Assembly (NCBI GenBank): GCA_051294375.1
Contig: JBJCIZ010000197.1
Location: 1-8,233, forward strand
From: Paraspadella gotoi
Lineage: Eukaryota; Animalia; Chaetognatha
Length of the DNA: 8,233 nt
Reading direction: 5' to 3'
Both the position numbers and the translations under genes were made by a program. Shown here in pieces: positions 7,297 to 8,233 of the stretch. The stretch's first letter is position 1. Each line of letters opens with the position of its first letter. The notes beneath the pieces were generated by a model. It did not search any database and had not been told where the DNA came from. It worked only from the letters and a program-made list of their open reading frames with translations.

Positions 7297-7585
7297 TTAT
7301 TTTATATATTAATTTTTTTATCTTATATTTAATCATATNNNNNNNNNNAAATATTATTTTGTATTGATTTCTTTTTAATTAATAAAAAAAACCATGATGT
7401 TTTATATAATCTTTTTAAGGATAACAATTTCAATAGCCATAACCAATAAAATGTAAATGCTAATACTACGTTAAAATAATCTATCATGGGCATAGATTAT
7501 AGAATTAAAATATATTTTTTCAAAAATAATTTTTTCTGAAGGTACTCGCTTAATTAAGATTATTACTATATAAAAAAAATTTGAT

Positions 7586-7797
7586 AGATTCTGATAGAGC
7601 ATAAAAAGTTAAACAAGAAATATAATTACAGCTTTAAAAATTTTCATATTTTCTCAGTAAAAATTAAAAAAACTGATAAAATCGTCGAAAGATAATGATT
7701 TTTTATAGTTTTTTTTTTTTTTTACTAACTTATCATAAAAATATTTAAAAAAGAATTATACTTTGTAAAGTTAACTTTTTATGAGCTATCTGAATCT
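7586..7797. repeat. Internal inverted repeat pair (27 bp)
   Basis: AGATTCTGATAGAGCATAAAAAGTTAA (7586-7612) vs reverse complement of 7771-7797 AGATTCAGATAGCTCATAAAAAGTTAA: 24/27 identical. Confidence 0.85.
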
Positions 7798-8233
7798 GGT
7801 CTTAAAATTTAAAATTTTTCCAAAAAATTTAAGCCTTTCCTATCTATAAATAAATATTAAAAAATTAATTACTAAAATATAAAACCATATAAGAATTTTT
7901 TTGTCCATTGAAAATATACTTGAAAATTTTTGTACTCTTTAAATTTTTGACTCACCTCATTGAGTGCGGCTACCCTTAATTTCAATCACCGATTTTTTTA
8001 TGGCTGCATACACTCCGCCACGCTAACTTTCATTGTGTCTTAAGAAAGAAAATTCAAATTCGAATAGGGTATCGAGCTTTATTTTTCTTTTTTTTTCTTT
8101 TTTTAAATTTATTTATTATTGGAAAGGTTAAGTTAAACTTGTTTATCAAGTAAGTTGGTAGGATCGCCGTCCAGGTTTATCAGGAGATTAGCGTTTCCCC
8201 TTTGTAACACTATGGAGAGCCGCTGAAAAAAAA

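Larger units (their letters stand above)
6398..8039. mobile_element. Non-autonomous TIR DNA transposon with TTAA target duplication (Kolobok-like termini)
   Basis: GACACGATGCAAGTTAACGTG (6398-6418) vs reverse complement of 8019-8039 GACACAATGAAAGTTAGCGTG: 18/21 identical. TTAA lies on both sides (6394-6397, 8040-8043). RR...YY ends fit Kolobok rather than piggyBac (CC...GG). No transposase ORF. Confidence 0.72.

Overview
AT-rich, repeat-dominated DNA that looks like an animal intergenic or intronic region. I cannot support any intact host gene, and most supplied ORFs look spurious. The window is a mosaic of mobile-element remnants, two of which carry self-cleaving ribozyme motifs. (1) 144-822 is a small Penelope-like element with inverted pseudo-LTR arms, a ~35-nt 3' tail, a 12-bp AT-rich target duplication and one type I hammerhead per arm. 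(2) 3254-3403 is the most notable feature: a tRNA-like (Pol III/SINE-type) head directly followed by a near-complete circularly permuted type P5 twister ribozyme. (3) 4685-6093 (minus) is a frameshifted Ty3/gypsy gag split by an ~800-bp Tc1/mariner-type MITE. (4) 6398-8039 is a TTAA-flanked non-autonomous TIR element (Kolobok-like termini) with a nested Helentron/HINE-like unit. There is also a G-depleted TAACCC-rich repeat, a 55-bp inverted pair and two unexplained GC-rich islands. All structures were derived by eye; no search or folding program was run.
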